Below are positions 1-13,239 of a stretch of 64,000 bases of DNA, one piece after another. Every line of letters starts with the position of its first letter. The stretch's first letter is position 1. The notes beneath the pieces are model-generated. The model was given only the letters and a program-made list of their open reading frames with translations, had not been told where the DNA came from and did no database searches. This DNA is from Eledone cirrhosa (taxonomy: Eukaryota). The DNA is taken from positions 112,034,001 to 112,098,000 of the forward strand of contig OZ024741.1 in the NCBI GenBank assembly GCA_964016885.1, read 5' to 3'. Position numbers and translations under genes: made by a program.

Positions 1-792
1 TCACCTTAATGACCCTCTTAAGCTTGGGGAAAAGGAAAATGTCTGGTTCGGAATCATACGATGTATAGTGCTGTAGGGTATTGTGATATCGATTGATTTC
101 GAAAACACTATTCATATATTTACAAGACTTTGTCATGAACTAGTTGAGTGCTTAGTTGCGCCGAATTAATATTTCTGCACCATTCACCCCAACACTGCCC
201 ACATTAACACCGTTAGAATGACCTTCTATATAAGGTCACTGACAGCCTAAACACATATTGTTGTTGCTAATGTAGTAGCGATGGTGTGCGATAAGCAATC
301 AAACTAAAGGACTCGATGTCGGAAATCTGGACAAACCCACTGAGTTAAGTGTTTGGCAATCCAGAATTAATTACGTAATTAACTCTTCAGTGTGCACTTG
401 GTAATGCAACAGCAATAAACAGTTTGGCGCGCTCGAAACCATGTGAGCTGACTAACTATCGATATTGTTAATTTATTACTTTTGTTGATAACCACTTGAT
501 ATTTTCATATACCACCTTCTCCCCGCTATATCTAATGAGTCCTCTCTGATTCGACAAAATATTCCCGTTATCGTCTAGTGACAGGCTGAGCATCCGGAAT
601 CACACGATGTATATAGTGTCCCAGGGCATCATTATTCAACTTAATGCTCTATACGTACGAAAAGTTGAGTGTAGATATTATGAAGATTTTCTGTCCCACG
701 TCAAGCATTTGGTAGCAATGAAAAAATAAATCTAAAATCGATTTATTTTCTCATTTGCTTTCGGAATATGGAAAACATTAACGATAGGGCAG

Positions 793-830
<38 letters not shown>

Positions 831-1260
831 AAAAGTTATGAAATGAAAGGAGCTCTGTGGTTACTAAAAATAAGGTTTAGGATGGTGGTTAGGACGGAAC
901 AGGAGAAAAGAAGAAAGGAGTTTCCATCGTCAGCTGTAAATGTTTCCCGGACCGATGTTTCGGTGCTGAATTACAGGTCATCGGTGTAGTTCGGGTGCGC
1001 CCGAGGACTTTTATTAATCAAAAGGCCAGGTGGAAAAGGAGAGAGAAAGAGAGAAAAACAGGGGGAGAAAAAAGGAGAGAGAAAAGGAAAGAGAGGGAAA
1101 GGAGGGAGAACAAGGGGGGGGGGAGATGGGGAGAGAGGAAGAAGGGGAAAATAGGAAAGGAATAAGAGAAAAAAGTGTACTGGTCCCATCGTGGGAAGAC
1201 ACAGGTGTGTGTGTGTGTGTTTGTGCGCGCGCGCGTATGTATGTATATATATATATATAT

Positions 1261-2197
1261 ATATCAACTAGAAATTGATTGACATATATGTAAGTATGTA
1301 TGTATACGTACATACATATATGTATGTACGTATACATACATACTTACATTTAAGTAAGTGCCGTACTAAGAGTGAGAAATGAAATTTCGTTTTCATTTTA
1401 TTACAACTGATTGACATATATATATCTAAAATAAACATATGAAACAATCACAGGGAATAATTTGTAAAAGTGTGTAAGCACACTAAGGTATCGATTTTTA
1501 AAGTTCTAGTTAAACTGTAATTAGTTACCTACCTAGCTATGTGTGCTTACACACTTTTACAAATTATTCTCTGTGATTGTTTCATATGTTTATTTTAGAT
1601 ATATATATATATATGTCAATCAATTTCTAGTTGATATAAAATGCACCCTTAATTTAATGTTGGATATATACACGGCCCCTAAATTGTAGAGCTAACTCAG
1701 TTGAAAGGACTCGGCTGCTATTTCTAGTTGTCGATAACCTTATTCACGCCACTGGGATGAAGCTGGTACGATGTGTGTATTTTTGAAAAATGCAACACGT
1801 GCTGCTAGTCTTTCGCAGATTTGATTTGCTGTGTAAACACAGATAGTTCGATCTCCCTTGTTGAAAATTCGGGATTTGGCTACTGTGGTTTACCGATCGA
1901 TTAATGGTGAAATATATTTCTTTAATGAAATATATACAAGGAAGATTAATCAATGTATAAGGTATCTATTTTTAAAGTTCTAGTTAAACTTTAATTAGTT
2001 ACCAACCTAGCTATGTGTGCTTACACACTTTTACAAATTATTTCCTGTGATTGTTTCATATGTTTATTTTATATATATATATATGTCAATCAATTTCTAG
2101 TTGATATAAAATACTCGGATCTATTTATTGGAAATCTTGGAGCATATTCTACAGTGGATATGGCGCATGTCTCTCTGACATGACATTAATTTAATTT

Positions 2198-2200
<3 letters not shown>
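1261..2200. mobile_element. PLE-style tandem/inverted pseudo-LTR complex (family A), flanked by (TA)n
   Basis: Inverted arms ~1410-1483 and ~1541-1622; direct repeat ~1485-1640 vs ~1955-2112; homologous to 7307-7770. No HHR core found. Confidence 0.55.
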
Positions 2201-2267
<67 letters not shown>

Positions 2268-2503
2268 ATATATATAAATCTGTGTATGTGTTGGTTAAAT
2301 ACCGACACTTCAGTATGCAGGCTAGAGCACTCAATGAAGTACGCAGGTGGGTCTATTTACTCCGGAGTAATTTAAAAACAAGAAGTGTTAGACAATAGGT
2401 TTTCGAAGAGATGTCAACATGAATGGATCGGTTATTTTTTTTAAAAACATTTTTTCTGATGCCACTCTGCCTGTCCCTTCAATAGTTCTTATTTCTCATT
2501 CTT

Positions 2504-2539
2504 TCTTCTGATGAAGGACAAGCATCCGAAACGTTAAAA
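2504..2539 (+). ncRNA. Minimal type I hammerhead ribozyme-like motif (PLE type)
   Basis: TCTT-CTGATGA-AGGAcaagcaTCC-GAAA-CG-TT-AAAA; canonical core, palindromic ACGT stem III, imperfect stem I; same family as 13608-13643. Confidence 0.6.
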
Positions 2540-2694
2540 CCCTCTTCATGCTATTTCAAGCGTTAAACTAATATATTCCTTCCATATACTGTACCGATTG
2601 TGTTGATATTTCTGTTTACCATTTACATACATATATATATATGGTAAGACTTGATCTGACCATATATATATATCTATGGTAAGACTTGATCTGA

Positions 2695-2762
<68 letters not shown>

Positions 2763-3119
2763 TAAGACTTGATCTGACCAATGGGAAGGAGGTAGATTCT
2801 AGTGATGCTTGAATTCGTTCATTCTAAATCATATGGCACCAGTTCTTTGAGAAAACAACACAACACCATACGTCAGCACTGAGTACATACAAATATCGAA
2901 ATAACAGTGGTAAACTTTACTCCATCGTCACGTTTTTCTGTTTTTTTTCTCTTCAAATTGTAGCTGTTGCATAATGGTTATGTTCAAATTATAGATGTTG
3001 CATAATGGTTTCTGTTCAAACTATAGATGTTGCATAATGTTATCACCGGAAATATATATCAGCAAATATGAATAAACGAAGTTAATTTTAACCTGTTCAC
3101 TTACACTTCTTGTTTATAT

Positions 3120-3202
<83 letters not shown>

Positions 3203-3263
3203 TAGCGAGAATCGTATTTCGGCTTAGGAATTAACGAAAAACACGAGATGTGTGGCAAGCGCT

Positions 3264-3337
<74 letters not shown>

Positions 3338-3385
3338 TGATACGTACATAAAACCATTCATACATATATCATATACGTGTATATT

Positions 3386-3494
<109 letters not shown>

Positions 3495-3495
3495 G

Positions 3496-3527
<32 letters not shown>

Positions 3528-3687
3528 CGTGTGTGTGAGTAAGTGGTTTACCTTACCGGTGTAGGATTTGTAACAATTTCTGAACTCCTTTCGTCTTCAC
3601 ATCGATAACTTTGCTCTCTGATAAGACTATAAAACTGGACTAATTAGCTTCCTTCACATTGCTTTTCCTATTCCGCCTTTGATTAAA

Positions 3688-3771
<84 letters not shown>

Positions 3772-3773
<2 letters not shown>

Positions 3774-4878
3774 GGAGGATATTCACGCTATTATGAACAC
3801 CATTAATACTTCTTGATAGACTACACTGTAATTATAGATAGGACACTTTAAATTTTAAGAAACTGTTTATAACCATATAAGATAGGGACTCTTTTGAGAC
3901 ACCATTTAATGTACATTAGGATAATAGTTAGTTACAGAAATCAGGGAGTTACCTCCCCTCACGCATTAACTCCCCTTAGTCACACACACACTTCCGGAAA
4001 ATAATACGATGTTGATTCTCGCAACTAAACAACCTGCTATACTGGACTAAAGACTAACAAACTATGATACTCTAACAGAATCATCAAACGTCCAATATTG
4101 AATCGTCGTGGATTATGTGAGGGGCATATAATCTAGATATTACGCTCTCCGGACTGTGAAAATGGTGTTGTACACGAAAACCATATCATCGCTTTGCTAC
4201 ACATTTTTAATATTTATAATATTTCTCTACACACAAGCTTCTATAACATTCATATAAAAGATACACTACCAGTACAACCCCCTTAATAATCTTGTTTACC
4301 CGCTTATAGTGCTTGTTTTACTTATAACACCCTGCCGCACTATAATATTTATAAATAAGATACACGTGCTTGCCACACGTATAACTATTGCACACACTTA
4401 CTGCTTCTGACTATCCTATCGCATTAATTTCATGTTGTATTTTAACATTAATTTTAATTTTATCCTCTTTTGATATTAATGTAATCTTTAAATGTATACT
4501 GCCACGCTAAATGTTATAATGGATGTCGACCCACCAAGCAACAATATATGCATATGTATCTGTATGTCTCTTGGGTTGAAAAGGAGGTCATATATGTGAT
4601 CATTCATTAATAAATTGCTCCGAAGAATCCAAACCTCGGTTTGGAGGAAACAATTGTAAGCATATAAATGATTTGAACAGAACTTTGATTATTATAACTT
4701 ATATATAACTGCTCTGTAAAACAACTGATGTTATTACATTGAGCTATTTATCTTACTGGTAATAAGGTAGTAATATATTACTGCCTATCACTATTTAGGG
4801 TTTGTAAAAAATATATATAACTACAAAATGTTTTTGTATATGCATAACCATAAATAGTACCCTTAATACTATTAATAC

Positions 4879-4880
<2 letters not shown>
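3772..4880 (+). mobile_element. Decayed PLE 3' remnant between (TA)n tracts
   Basis: Contains the HHR at 4616-4662 followed by a ~200-nt tail ending in (TA)n; upstream coding potential too decayed to assign. Confidence 0.4.
4616..4662 (+). ncRNA. Type I hammerhead ribozyme, C4 core variant
   Basis: TGCT-CCGAAGA-aTCCAAACCtcGGTTTGGAg-GAAA-CAATTG-TA-AGCA; stem I TGCT/AGCA, strong stem II, palindromic stem III. Confidence 0.75.
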
Positions 4881-4972
<92 letters not shown>

Positions 4973-5041
4973 TATACACACATACACACACATATATATA
5001 TATTAATATATATATATATGTATACATATATACATATATAC

Positions 5042-5072
<31 letters not shown>

Positions 5073-5073
<1 letters not shown>

Positions 5074-6398
5074 CATTATCATCATCATCACTTTACTCCG
5101 CTTTTCCCTGCTTGCAAGGGTTGGACGGGTCCTATTCAGCACACCATCTCTCCACTTGTCACGGTCCTTCGTCATCCCCTCGGCGAGTTTCAGCGATCAA
5201 AGGTCTGCTATCCATACACCCGCCCATGTCTTTCGTGGTCTACCTCTACTGCGTCTTCCTTCTACTTGGATTTCTTGGCATTTCTTTGTCCAGCGGTCAT
5301 CCTCCATGTGCATCACATGTCCATACCATCACAGCCTTCTCTCCTGCACACCACAACTTATCTCTCTTATACCCAGTTTCTTTCTCAACTCGTCTATGCT
5401 TGGTCTTCCCGCACATTGACATTGCACATCCAACGGAGCATACTTGCTTCATTTCCCTCCAGTTGTCGCATATCGTCTGCAGTTGCTGCCCATGTCTCAC
5501 TGCCATGCAGCATCGCCTATCTTACACAGGCATCATATAACCGTCCTTACGTACGCAGGGAGAAACCCTTCTTTGTCAACAGAGGAAGCAACTCCCTAAA
5601 CTTCTTCCAACCCGTCCTTATTCTAGATACTATGGCCTAGGACCCCCCCCCCCCATGCTAATCTGATCACCTATAGAACTCACCTGCATTGGAAAAATGT
5701 GTCTATTCCTGCGATTACTACTGTCAACTGTTCCTATATATTTACTGCATACGTAGTTTTCCCTACCTGTTAGTTTGTTTGCTATCCCACTACATTGCTT
5801 GTGTACCCCAGATCTGCATTGCATACATTTTATGGAATTTATGCCAGTTCCTTTCCTATATATTGAACATGGCCATTTCCCTGATGGAATCAGAGTATTG
5901 TCCCCTCTTCTACTTATCAGCACCTTTGTCTTAGCTATGTTCACTCTCAGACCTCTTGATTCCAACTGCTGTTTCCATAGCCAGAATTTATTCACTAGCT
6001 CCTCTACTGATTCTGCTATAAGAATCAGATCATCATGGGTATCCTGTCTTAAACTCCTCTGTTATGGCTTGCAACACTATGAGGAACAAGAGCGGGCTGA
6101 GGACCGAACCCTGATGTACACATACTTGTACCTGGAATTCCTCACTAAGCTCCATGCCTACTGTCACTTTACTGACAGCACCTCTGTACATAGCTTGCAC
6201 TGTCCCCACAAGCCATTCCTCTACACCTAGTTTCCTTAGGGACCACCAGATGACAGATCGGGATACCCTATCAAAGGCCTTCTCTAGGTCAACAAAAGCT
6301 AAGTATAGTGGCTTATTCTTCTCTAAGAACTTCTCTTGTAGTTGCTTCACTAAGAAGAGGGCATCTGTTGTACTTTTCCCAGGCACAAAACCAAACTG
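5073..6398 (-). mobile_element. 5'-truncated, frameshifted RTE-clade LINE (reverse transcriptase pseudogene)
   Basis: RT motifs STTDALF, AFVDLEKAFDRV, QGSVLSPLLF (6033-6386); Cys-rich WPCS..CMQC..HKQCSG insert (5630-5995); (GAT)n 3' tail at ~5073-5091. Confidence 0.9.
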
Positions 6399-6410
6399 TA
6401 TATATATATA

Positions 6411-6751
6411 TATAAGGAAAATAGATGAAATCGATAATGCAACTGGAGTCTTTTTTTTATAAAAATATATATTTATTTGGTTCCTTTACCGGTTTCGCAG
6501 TTCTTCTGCTTTTCAGAAATAGAACTGAGATGGAGGGCTTGTGGTTTTCTCACATGTGAGAAAAACCGCAAACCCTCCATCTCAGTTCTACTTTTGAAAA
6601 GCAGAACTGCGAAATCGGTAAAGGAACCAAATAAATATATATTTTTTATAAAAAAAGACTCCAGTTGCATTATCGATTTTATCTCTTTTCCTTATACTTT
6701 CACTCGTGTAGGACACCTCGTTTTTTTTTTCATTTTGTAAATAAACATCAC

Positions 6752-6760
<9 letters not shown>
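6411..6760. mobile_element. Asymmetric fold-back element in (TA)n
   Basis: ~140-bp inverted arms 6411-6554 and 6555-6696 centred on CACATGTG, plus a ~60-bp unpaired tail; carries the HHR 3' half GAAA-(C/T)CGG-TA-AAGG. Confidence 0.8.
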
Positions 6761-6807
<47 letters not shown>

Positions 6808-6914
6808 ATAATAATAAATTTGAAGACTAAAATCCAAAGAGGGCTCGATAAGGATAAATATATATCAAATATATAAGAACCGTAGAGCAAATATTTATTA
6901 AAATAACAGATTAA

Positions 6915-6965
6915 AGTTTAAGCAAAGAATCGCTGCTTTCACCCTTAACGGGATCTTCTGAAACT
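6915..6965 (-). ncRNA. Type I hammerhead ribozyme, A4 core variant
   Basis: Exact reverse complement of 7179-7229. Confidence 0.7.
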
Positions 6966-7178
6966 AACAAAGTCAATCTGTAAACGCAGAACTGGATATT
7001 TCAAATATGTCTTTGCGCGTATTGTTTTTCACCGCTCCTATTAATGACGTATTATATTCGTTTTTTCTCGTTCTTAGCCAGCGAACGTTGCCACGAACCA
7101 AAGTATCGTGTTCCTGTCTTCCTCCGGTTGCAACGTGTTTTGAAATATCCAGTTCTGCGTTTACAGATTGACTTTGTT

Positions 7179-7229
7179 AGTTTCAGAAGATCCCGTTAAG
7201 GGTGAAAGCAGCGATTCTTTGCTTAAACT
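7179..7229 (+). ncRNA. Type I hammerhead ribozyme, A4 core variant
   Basis: AGTTT-CAGAAGA-tCCCgttaaGGGt-GAAA-GCAgcgattcttTGC-TT-AAACT; all three stems pair. Confidence 0.7.
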
Positions 7230-7245
7230 TTAATCTGTTATTTTA

Positions 7246-7306
<61 letters not shown>

Positions 7307-7310
<4 letters not shown>

Positions 7311-7765
7311 AAATTAAGATAAATTAAATTAAATTAAATTAAATTAAATTAAATTAAGGGTGTCATGCCAGATAGACATGCGCCATATCACCCGTCAATC
7401 AATTTCTAGTTGATATAAAATGCTCGGATCTATTCATTAGAGTCTTGGAGCATATTTTACGGGTGATATGGCGCATGTCTATCTGGCATGACACCCTTAA
7501 TTTAATTTAATTTAATTTAATTTAATTTATCTTAATTTTGGATATATATAAATACGGCCCCTTAATTGTAGAGCTAACTCGGTTGAAAGGTCTTGACTGC
7601 TGTTTCTAGTTGTCGATAACCCTATTCACGCCACTGGGACGAAGCTGGTATGATGTGTGTATTTTTAGTAGATACAGCACTTGTTACTAGCCAGTCGCTG
7701 ATTTGAATTTGATGCGTAAACACAGATGGTTGGACCTCTTCCTTGTTGAAAATCCAGGATCTAGT

Positions 7766-7770
<5 letters not shown>
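7307..7770. mobile_element. Fold-back element, family A copy
   Basis: Inverted arms ~7308-7395 and ~7459-7540 including (AAATT)n; right extension homologous to 1645-1875. Confidence 0.7.
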
Positions 7771-7809
<39 letters not shown>

Positions 7810-8194
7810 GCGAGATGAAGTGAGAATTAGAGAATTAAAGATCGAAATACAATCAACAGTTAATGTTAGTGATAAACATAGATGAGACCGATATGGACGC
7901 AACTACCTGAGTATACACATGGATATGCGTTTATGAATATATTTATCAAGAGAGAAATTAGTTTACAAGAAGCGAAGTATGAATTTGTGAACTATAAGTG
8001 AGTAATTATGTTTATAAGAATTTTTGATTTATTGGGAACGAAATGTATATATACATATACATGTATGTACATATACATATGTATGTATGCATGTATGTAT
8101 GTATGTATGTATGCATGTATTATGTAGGTATGTATGCATATATGTATGTGTGTGTAAACATACACACACGCGCACGCGCGCACACACACACACA

Positions 8195-8236
<42 letters not shown>

Positions 8237-8599
8237 CCCTGGTCGAGATGAAATCTGGTCGTTTGACTGCTGCTATTTATAGTGGTAGTAGATTGACCTC
8301 CCTGCCTCTGCCTCTATCTTTGCACTCGGCACTGGACAGAATTGCTTCCACATCATTCATTCTCATCTTGGGAGCAATTTTGAATAGCACCAGTTCGTAA
8401 TTTGAACTCGGGAATTTTATATTCTCCGAGTGAAAAGAACCTTCTGACGAGAGTTTATTTTTGAGACTCGAAACCGATTCGGTAAAGGTAACCATAGTAA
8501 GTACAGTGAATTTTTTGAAATTTATTTTGAAACTTTTTCTTATTTGCTAAACCTTGATTATATATATATATATATATATTTATTAAAATAACAGATTAA

Positions 8600-8650
8600 A
8601 GTTTAAGCAAAGAATCGCTGCTTTCACCCATAACGGGATCTTCTGAAACT
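8600..8650 (-). ncRNA. Type I hammerhead ribozyme, A4 core variant
   Basis: Reverse complement of the family B HHR with one stem II loop substitution. Confidence 0.65.
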
Positions 8651-8978
8651 AACAATGTGAATCTGTGGACGCTGCGTGCAATTGTTCTCCCCGCTCCACA
8701 TATGACGTATTATCTTCGTTTTTTCCGTTCATTGCCAGAGAACGTCTCTATGAACCACCTAATAGAATATTAGTCTGCGACTTCTTTCATACCATAAACG
8801 TGGTTCTGTCTTTGCGCGTAATTGTTTTTCACCGCTCCTATTAATGACGTATTATATTCGTTTTTTCCCGTTCTTTGCCAGGGAACGCTTTCACGAACCG
8901 AAGTATCGTCTTCCTGTCTTCCTCCGGTTGCAACGTTTTTTGAAATATCCACCTCTGCGTTCACAGATTGACTTTGTT

Positions 8979-9029
8979 AGTTTCAGAAGATCCCGTTAAG
9001 GGTGAAAGCAGAGATTCTTTGCTTAAACT
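8979..9029 (+). ncRNA. Type I hammerhead ribozyme, A4 core variant
   Basis: AGTTT-CAGAAGA-TCCCGTTAAGGGT-GAAA-GCAGAGATTCTTTGC-TT-AAACT. Confidence 0.7.
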
Positions 9030-9212
9030 TTAATCTGTTATTTTAATAAATATTTGCTCTACGGTTCTTATATATTTGATATATATTTATCCTTATCGAG
9101 CCCTCTTTGGATTTTAGTCTTCAAATTTATTATTATTACTATATATACTGGTGCGTGTGTTTCTTATTGGCAACATGACCCTCCCAAAGTATAACAATAT
9201 ATATATATATAC

Positions 9213-9262
<50 letters not shown>

Positions 9263-10361
9263 AGTATAAGTATAAATGTATTTGGTAGTGTACAGATTAA
9301 TGTATCAATAAAATATTTGTCAGAATAAGTAATGAGAAACACTGTTTATCACTTGGGTGAAAAAATATAAAATGAAACGTTTAGAATTTGAATTTAACGC
9401 GTTCGTCTTTTATGAGGGTCATCAAGATAGAAATTTAATTGTTGTTAAAAAGTTAGTCAGACAGGAAAACTCCCTATGTTTTGGAGGGATGCGAAAATAC
9501 ACATAGGAAACTTCCGACTTGACGACCCCTTCAATAGCATCCAAATATATAATTTGCTAAGTCGGATGAAAGACGAACGGGCTAGATTCAAAATTATATA
9601 TATATATGTTCTCTGACTTGTCATGCTTTAGCTCGTCTTTATATGATAGACTGAGTGAGGGGAATATATAAATGGAAAACAAGACTTGAGTATATATTAA
9701 GATTTCTAATATGTTGTGGACGCAACAAGTTGAATAGTTAAGAAGTCTGCTTCACAATTATTAGGTACCGGGACCGATCCCACTACGTGGTATCTTGGGC
9801 AGGTGTCATTTACCATACCTTTGGGTCGACCCATGCTTTGCGAACAAAATTGGTGTTCATAGAACAGATGATACTCTATCTACTCAATTGGGAAACAAAT
9901 GCTTTTATCACCACCAATGATAAAAATGGATAAAGGATAGAACTGATGTTTTTACAAAACCACATATTTTCCATGCAGAATTTTAGCGGGCTGCACAAAA
10001 TGCCCAATTTGTGGAGTGGATGACGTAAACATGATCTGCAATTTTTGTTATTGTATATTGCATGCTAAGTCTGGATTCACCCGTCACTAACTTGAACAAT
10101 AGAAATAATCCTTATTGTTTTTATTATTCCCTCTGATAAGGGCTATGATGTGACTGAAGTAGAATGGCTTGACTCAAATGTCTTTTATGATGTTGTAGGC
10201 GATTTTAAAGTTTGGGTTTAATGCTGATGAAGTTAGCTTTCCTCTCATCACTTTATATACTGAGATACTCATAGATACTGAGGTGAGGTTCATTAAAATT
10301 CTAATGACTTTGTGACTGTGATATATGAGTATAATTCCCTATATGAAGGGCTGTTGAAGAC

Positions 10362-10480
10362 GAGTGGGTTAGTGGTTAAGGCGCTGGAATTCTGATTACA
10401 AAGTTCTGCAGTTCGAATTTTCCACCTGAGCAAGATACTTCATTTCATGCTGCTCTAATCTACTCCCCTGAAAAGAAAAC
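10362..10480 (+). mobile_element. tRNA-derived SINE (decayed)
   Basis: A box TAGTGGTTAAG, B box GTTCGAAT; body similar to 12344 and 48858. Confidence 0.65.
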
Positions 10481-11299
10481 CAGTAACAATAGCAACCCTT
10501 TGGGGTTTAGCTCTAGTAGGGAGGAGTCTTTCATGGTTGGACTGAGGTCTCTATTAAACTCGAGAAAACTCCAATAAGATGCAACTACGGGGGATGCCAG
10601 AAATGTTTGAGTAGTAACAACAATAAAAAATGACTGCAATACATTGGCTCCTCTCTACTCCACTTCTCTTCTAAAAATTCATGTTCTTGTGCCAAAGTTT
10701 GATAACAATATTGTATGTTACTAACATTATTTCTTTCCCCTTCTCCTTCAAATATCCAACTATGAAGAAAATAGACAAAGCCTCTCATTTATAAAGGTAT
10801 GGTCATGTGCTGATGTAAGCAACGGTTATTATTCTCTCCAATATCGATCAAGGTACGTATTAACATTATACTAACTCAATTTACTTCACTGAATCTTTCA
10901 TTGCAAGGGAAAATATCTTGAGTTTATTGAAAAGAAAATATTGTTGTGTTTGCCTACATATCGTTCAATGTCATAATCCTGATACACGGAACAAAAGAGG
11001 AAATAAAGTGCAACTAATATGTTTCAGAGGATACCATTATCAACAGCTCATAAGAATACATAGAAATATACAGAGGAAAAAATCGATCTAGGTACGATCA
11101 GTATGGAACAGGATTTGGTGTAAATATAAATACATAGGTGTGGTTTGATCACAGTATCCCTTTCATTACTATATTTTTAATGAAATATACCGTCGATGTT
11201 TTCAAATGATTTTGAAAATAATCAAGAATTTGACGGGATTTAGTAATATATCTAACTTTCTCATTATTAAGTTGATGTTTAGACCCGTGGTTTGGGAGT

Positions 11300-11495
11300 A
11301 TTAGTGGAACGTCGGACAAAGTGTTTTGCTGTATTTACTTACGACCTTCTACGTTCTGAGTTCAAATCTCGATCAACTCTACTTTTCATCCTTCAGAGGT
11401 CAATAAAGTAAACTACCAGCCAAGTACTCGGGTCGATATAATCAACTTTCTGCTCCTCACAAAATTTCCGGCTTTGTATTTAAACAGGAAACCAC
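11300..11495 (+). mobile_element. SINE (CTTTCATCC...GGTCGATAAA family)
   Basis: Shared body with 18410, 32900, 35870, 48135, 57415. Confidence 0.65.
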
Positions 11496-11964
11496 TAATA
11501 AGTTGATGTTTAGAATAACATTTCACAATGTTTATACCATAAAATTATGATGAATGGTTTTTTTAAAAATAAATAAAACAATTAAAAATAAACAAGTTCG
11601 TAAGAAAGAAACAGGGGGGGGGGGGGGGGGGGTTTCAGGCGCTTTTGTGCGCGTGCGAATGTGTGCGTGTGTGATTATAATTGAGGCCTACGTTTGGTAC
11701 GCAATTTCTGTAATATAATTTCTATTCACGATTGAATCTATAGTTTGACGGAAACACTGCGGGTATCATCTTATATTTTTTCTGTTATTGTAATTGTACA
11801 AACGTCACTACGTTAAAATATATCATGGTTTTATTCCTAATTATTATAGCAATGAATATAATTGAAATATTTAATAATTCATGACATTTTTCAAGATATG
11901 TTGTTGCCATAGATAAAGGATGACAAAGCAAACGAGGAAGTTACATATATTTGTATGTATGTAC

Positions 11965-12064
<100 letters not shown>

Positions 12065-12343
12065 ATATATATAGTGAATTCTAAGATGAAAATGCTAAAA
12101 GGATGAGAGAGAAATGGTAAAAAAAGCTCACTCAAGCTCCATTATTAATATCTCAAGATATCTGAAATATCATGAACTTGTGATACAGAGATGTGGTTTT
12201 ACTAGCCTTACTCATTTTGTATGTTTCAAAGTCTCCAACAACACAGGAAACAATGGAAGTAATGTCTAATAACAATTCCTGAAGTCAATGCTCAGATTGT
12301 AATATATAGGCACATCTATATATTGATATATGTGAATTGTGAA

Positions 12344-12460
12344 TGCGCGTGGTTTAGTGGTTAGAGAGTTGATTTCACAAACATGAGGATGTGAGTTCGA
12401 TTCTGGGCCGGCGATGCGTTGTGCCCTTAAGCAATACATTTTATTTTACATTGTTCCTTT
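12344..12460 (+). mobile_element. tRNA-derived SINE head
   Basis: GTGGTTTAGTGGTTAG...GTTCGATTC A/B boxes. Confidence 0.65.
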
Positions 12461-13001
12461 TGCCAGGAGTTTCAACCAGTAGTTGATATTAACAATTGGA
12501 AAGAGCAATGGAAACATTGTTTCATTACTCCAATTTGACGAGTCTGGTCTCTTGTGGATTCGGATGAAACAAATATTGATAATGGAGCATGAGCAAGGTT
12601 TTTCAACATTTCTATTTTTCTTTTCATTCTTGTAGAAACACGTGTAAGATAAATAAAATGTCTTAAGTTTTCATCTTGTATATCCATTATTATGTGCTCT
12701 GTATCTCTACATTCATACGACACGTCGGAGTTATTTATTCAATGTTTGATTCATAATACTTTATTGATTATCCCTGTGGTGAATACAATCAACTTATTTT
12801 GCTAATTCTGAACTATACTGAGCTTAAAATTTGGTTGGCATAACTTTCTTCACCTGAACTTCTAGCCTCGCTATATATATATATATATATATATGACCTT
12901 GACCGACCAGTCTGTCGGACGCCAATCGGCGCCGCTGGTCACAGCACCTCGTGCTGTTTTAGTCATAAGATAACGCCATCCCACTGGCTGGGCGGGCAGG
13001 C

Positions 13002-13102
<101 letters not shown>

Positions 13103-13239
13103 CGTGTGCATGTATTTATATATATAGATAACGAGGGTAAAAATTATATATATATTTTATAAATTATAAATATATATGAGTGTGTGAGTGTGTGGGTGTG
13201 TGAGTGTGAATGTGCGAAAAATAAAAATAAAAACAAGAA

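Larger units (their letters stand above)
6803..7252. mobile_element. Fold-back PLE-derived element (family B, copy 1)
   Basis: Inverted arms ~6890-7007 and ~7140-7252; long tail on the left; (TA)n on both sides; homologous to 8578-9140. Confidence 0.85.
8578..9140. mobile_element. Fold-back PLE-derived element (family B, copy 2, opposite polarity)
   Basis: Short arm on the left, long tailed arm on the right; HHRs at 8600-8650 (-) and 8979-9029 (+). Confidence 0.85.

Noticed and set aside
9391-9430. Minus-strand TTGATGA..GAA-CGCG-TT HHR-like relic
   Set aside because: Core lacks an A and stems pair poorly; possibly a relic but not supportable
10128-10170. CTGATAAGGGC..GACTGAAG HHR-like motif
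   Set aside because: No GAAA, stem III or stem I partner
11028-11091. Possible exon (tttcag..ctag|gtacg)
   Set aside because: Stops in two frames, a terminal TAG in the third, and no homology evidence
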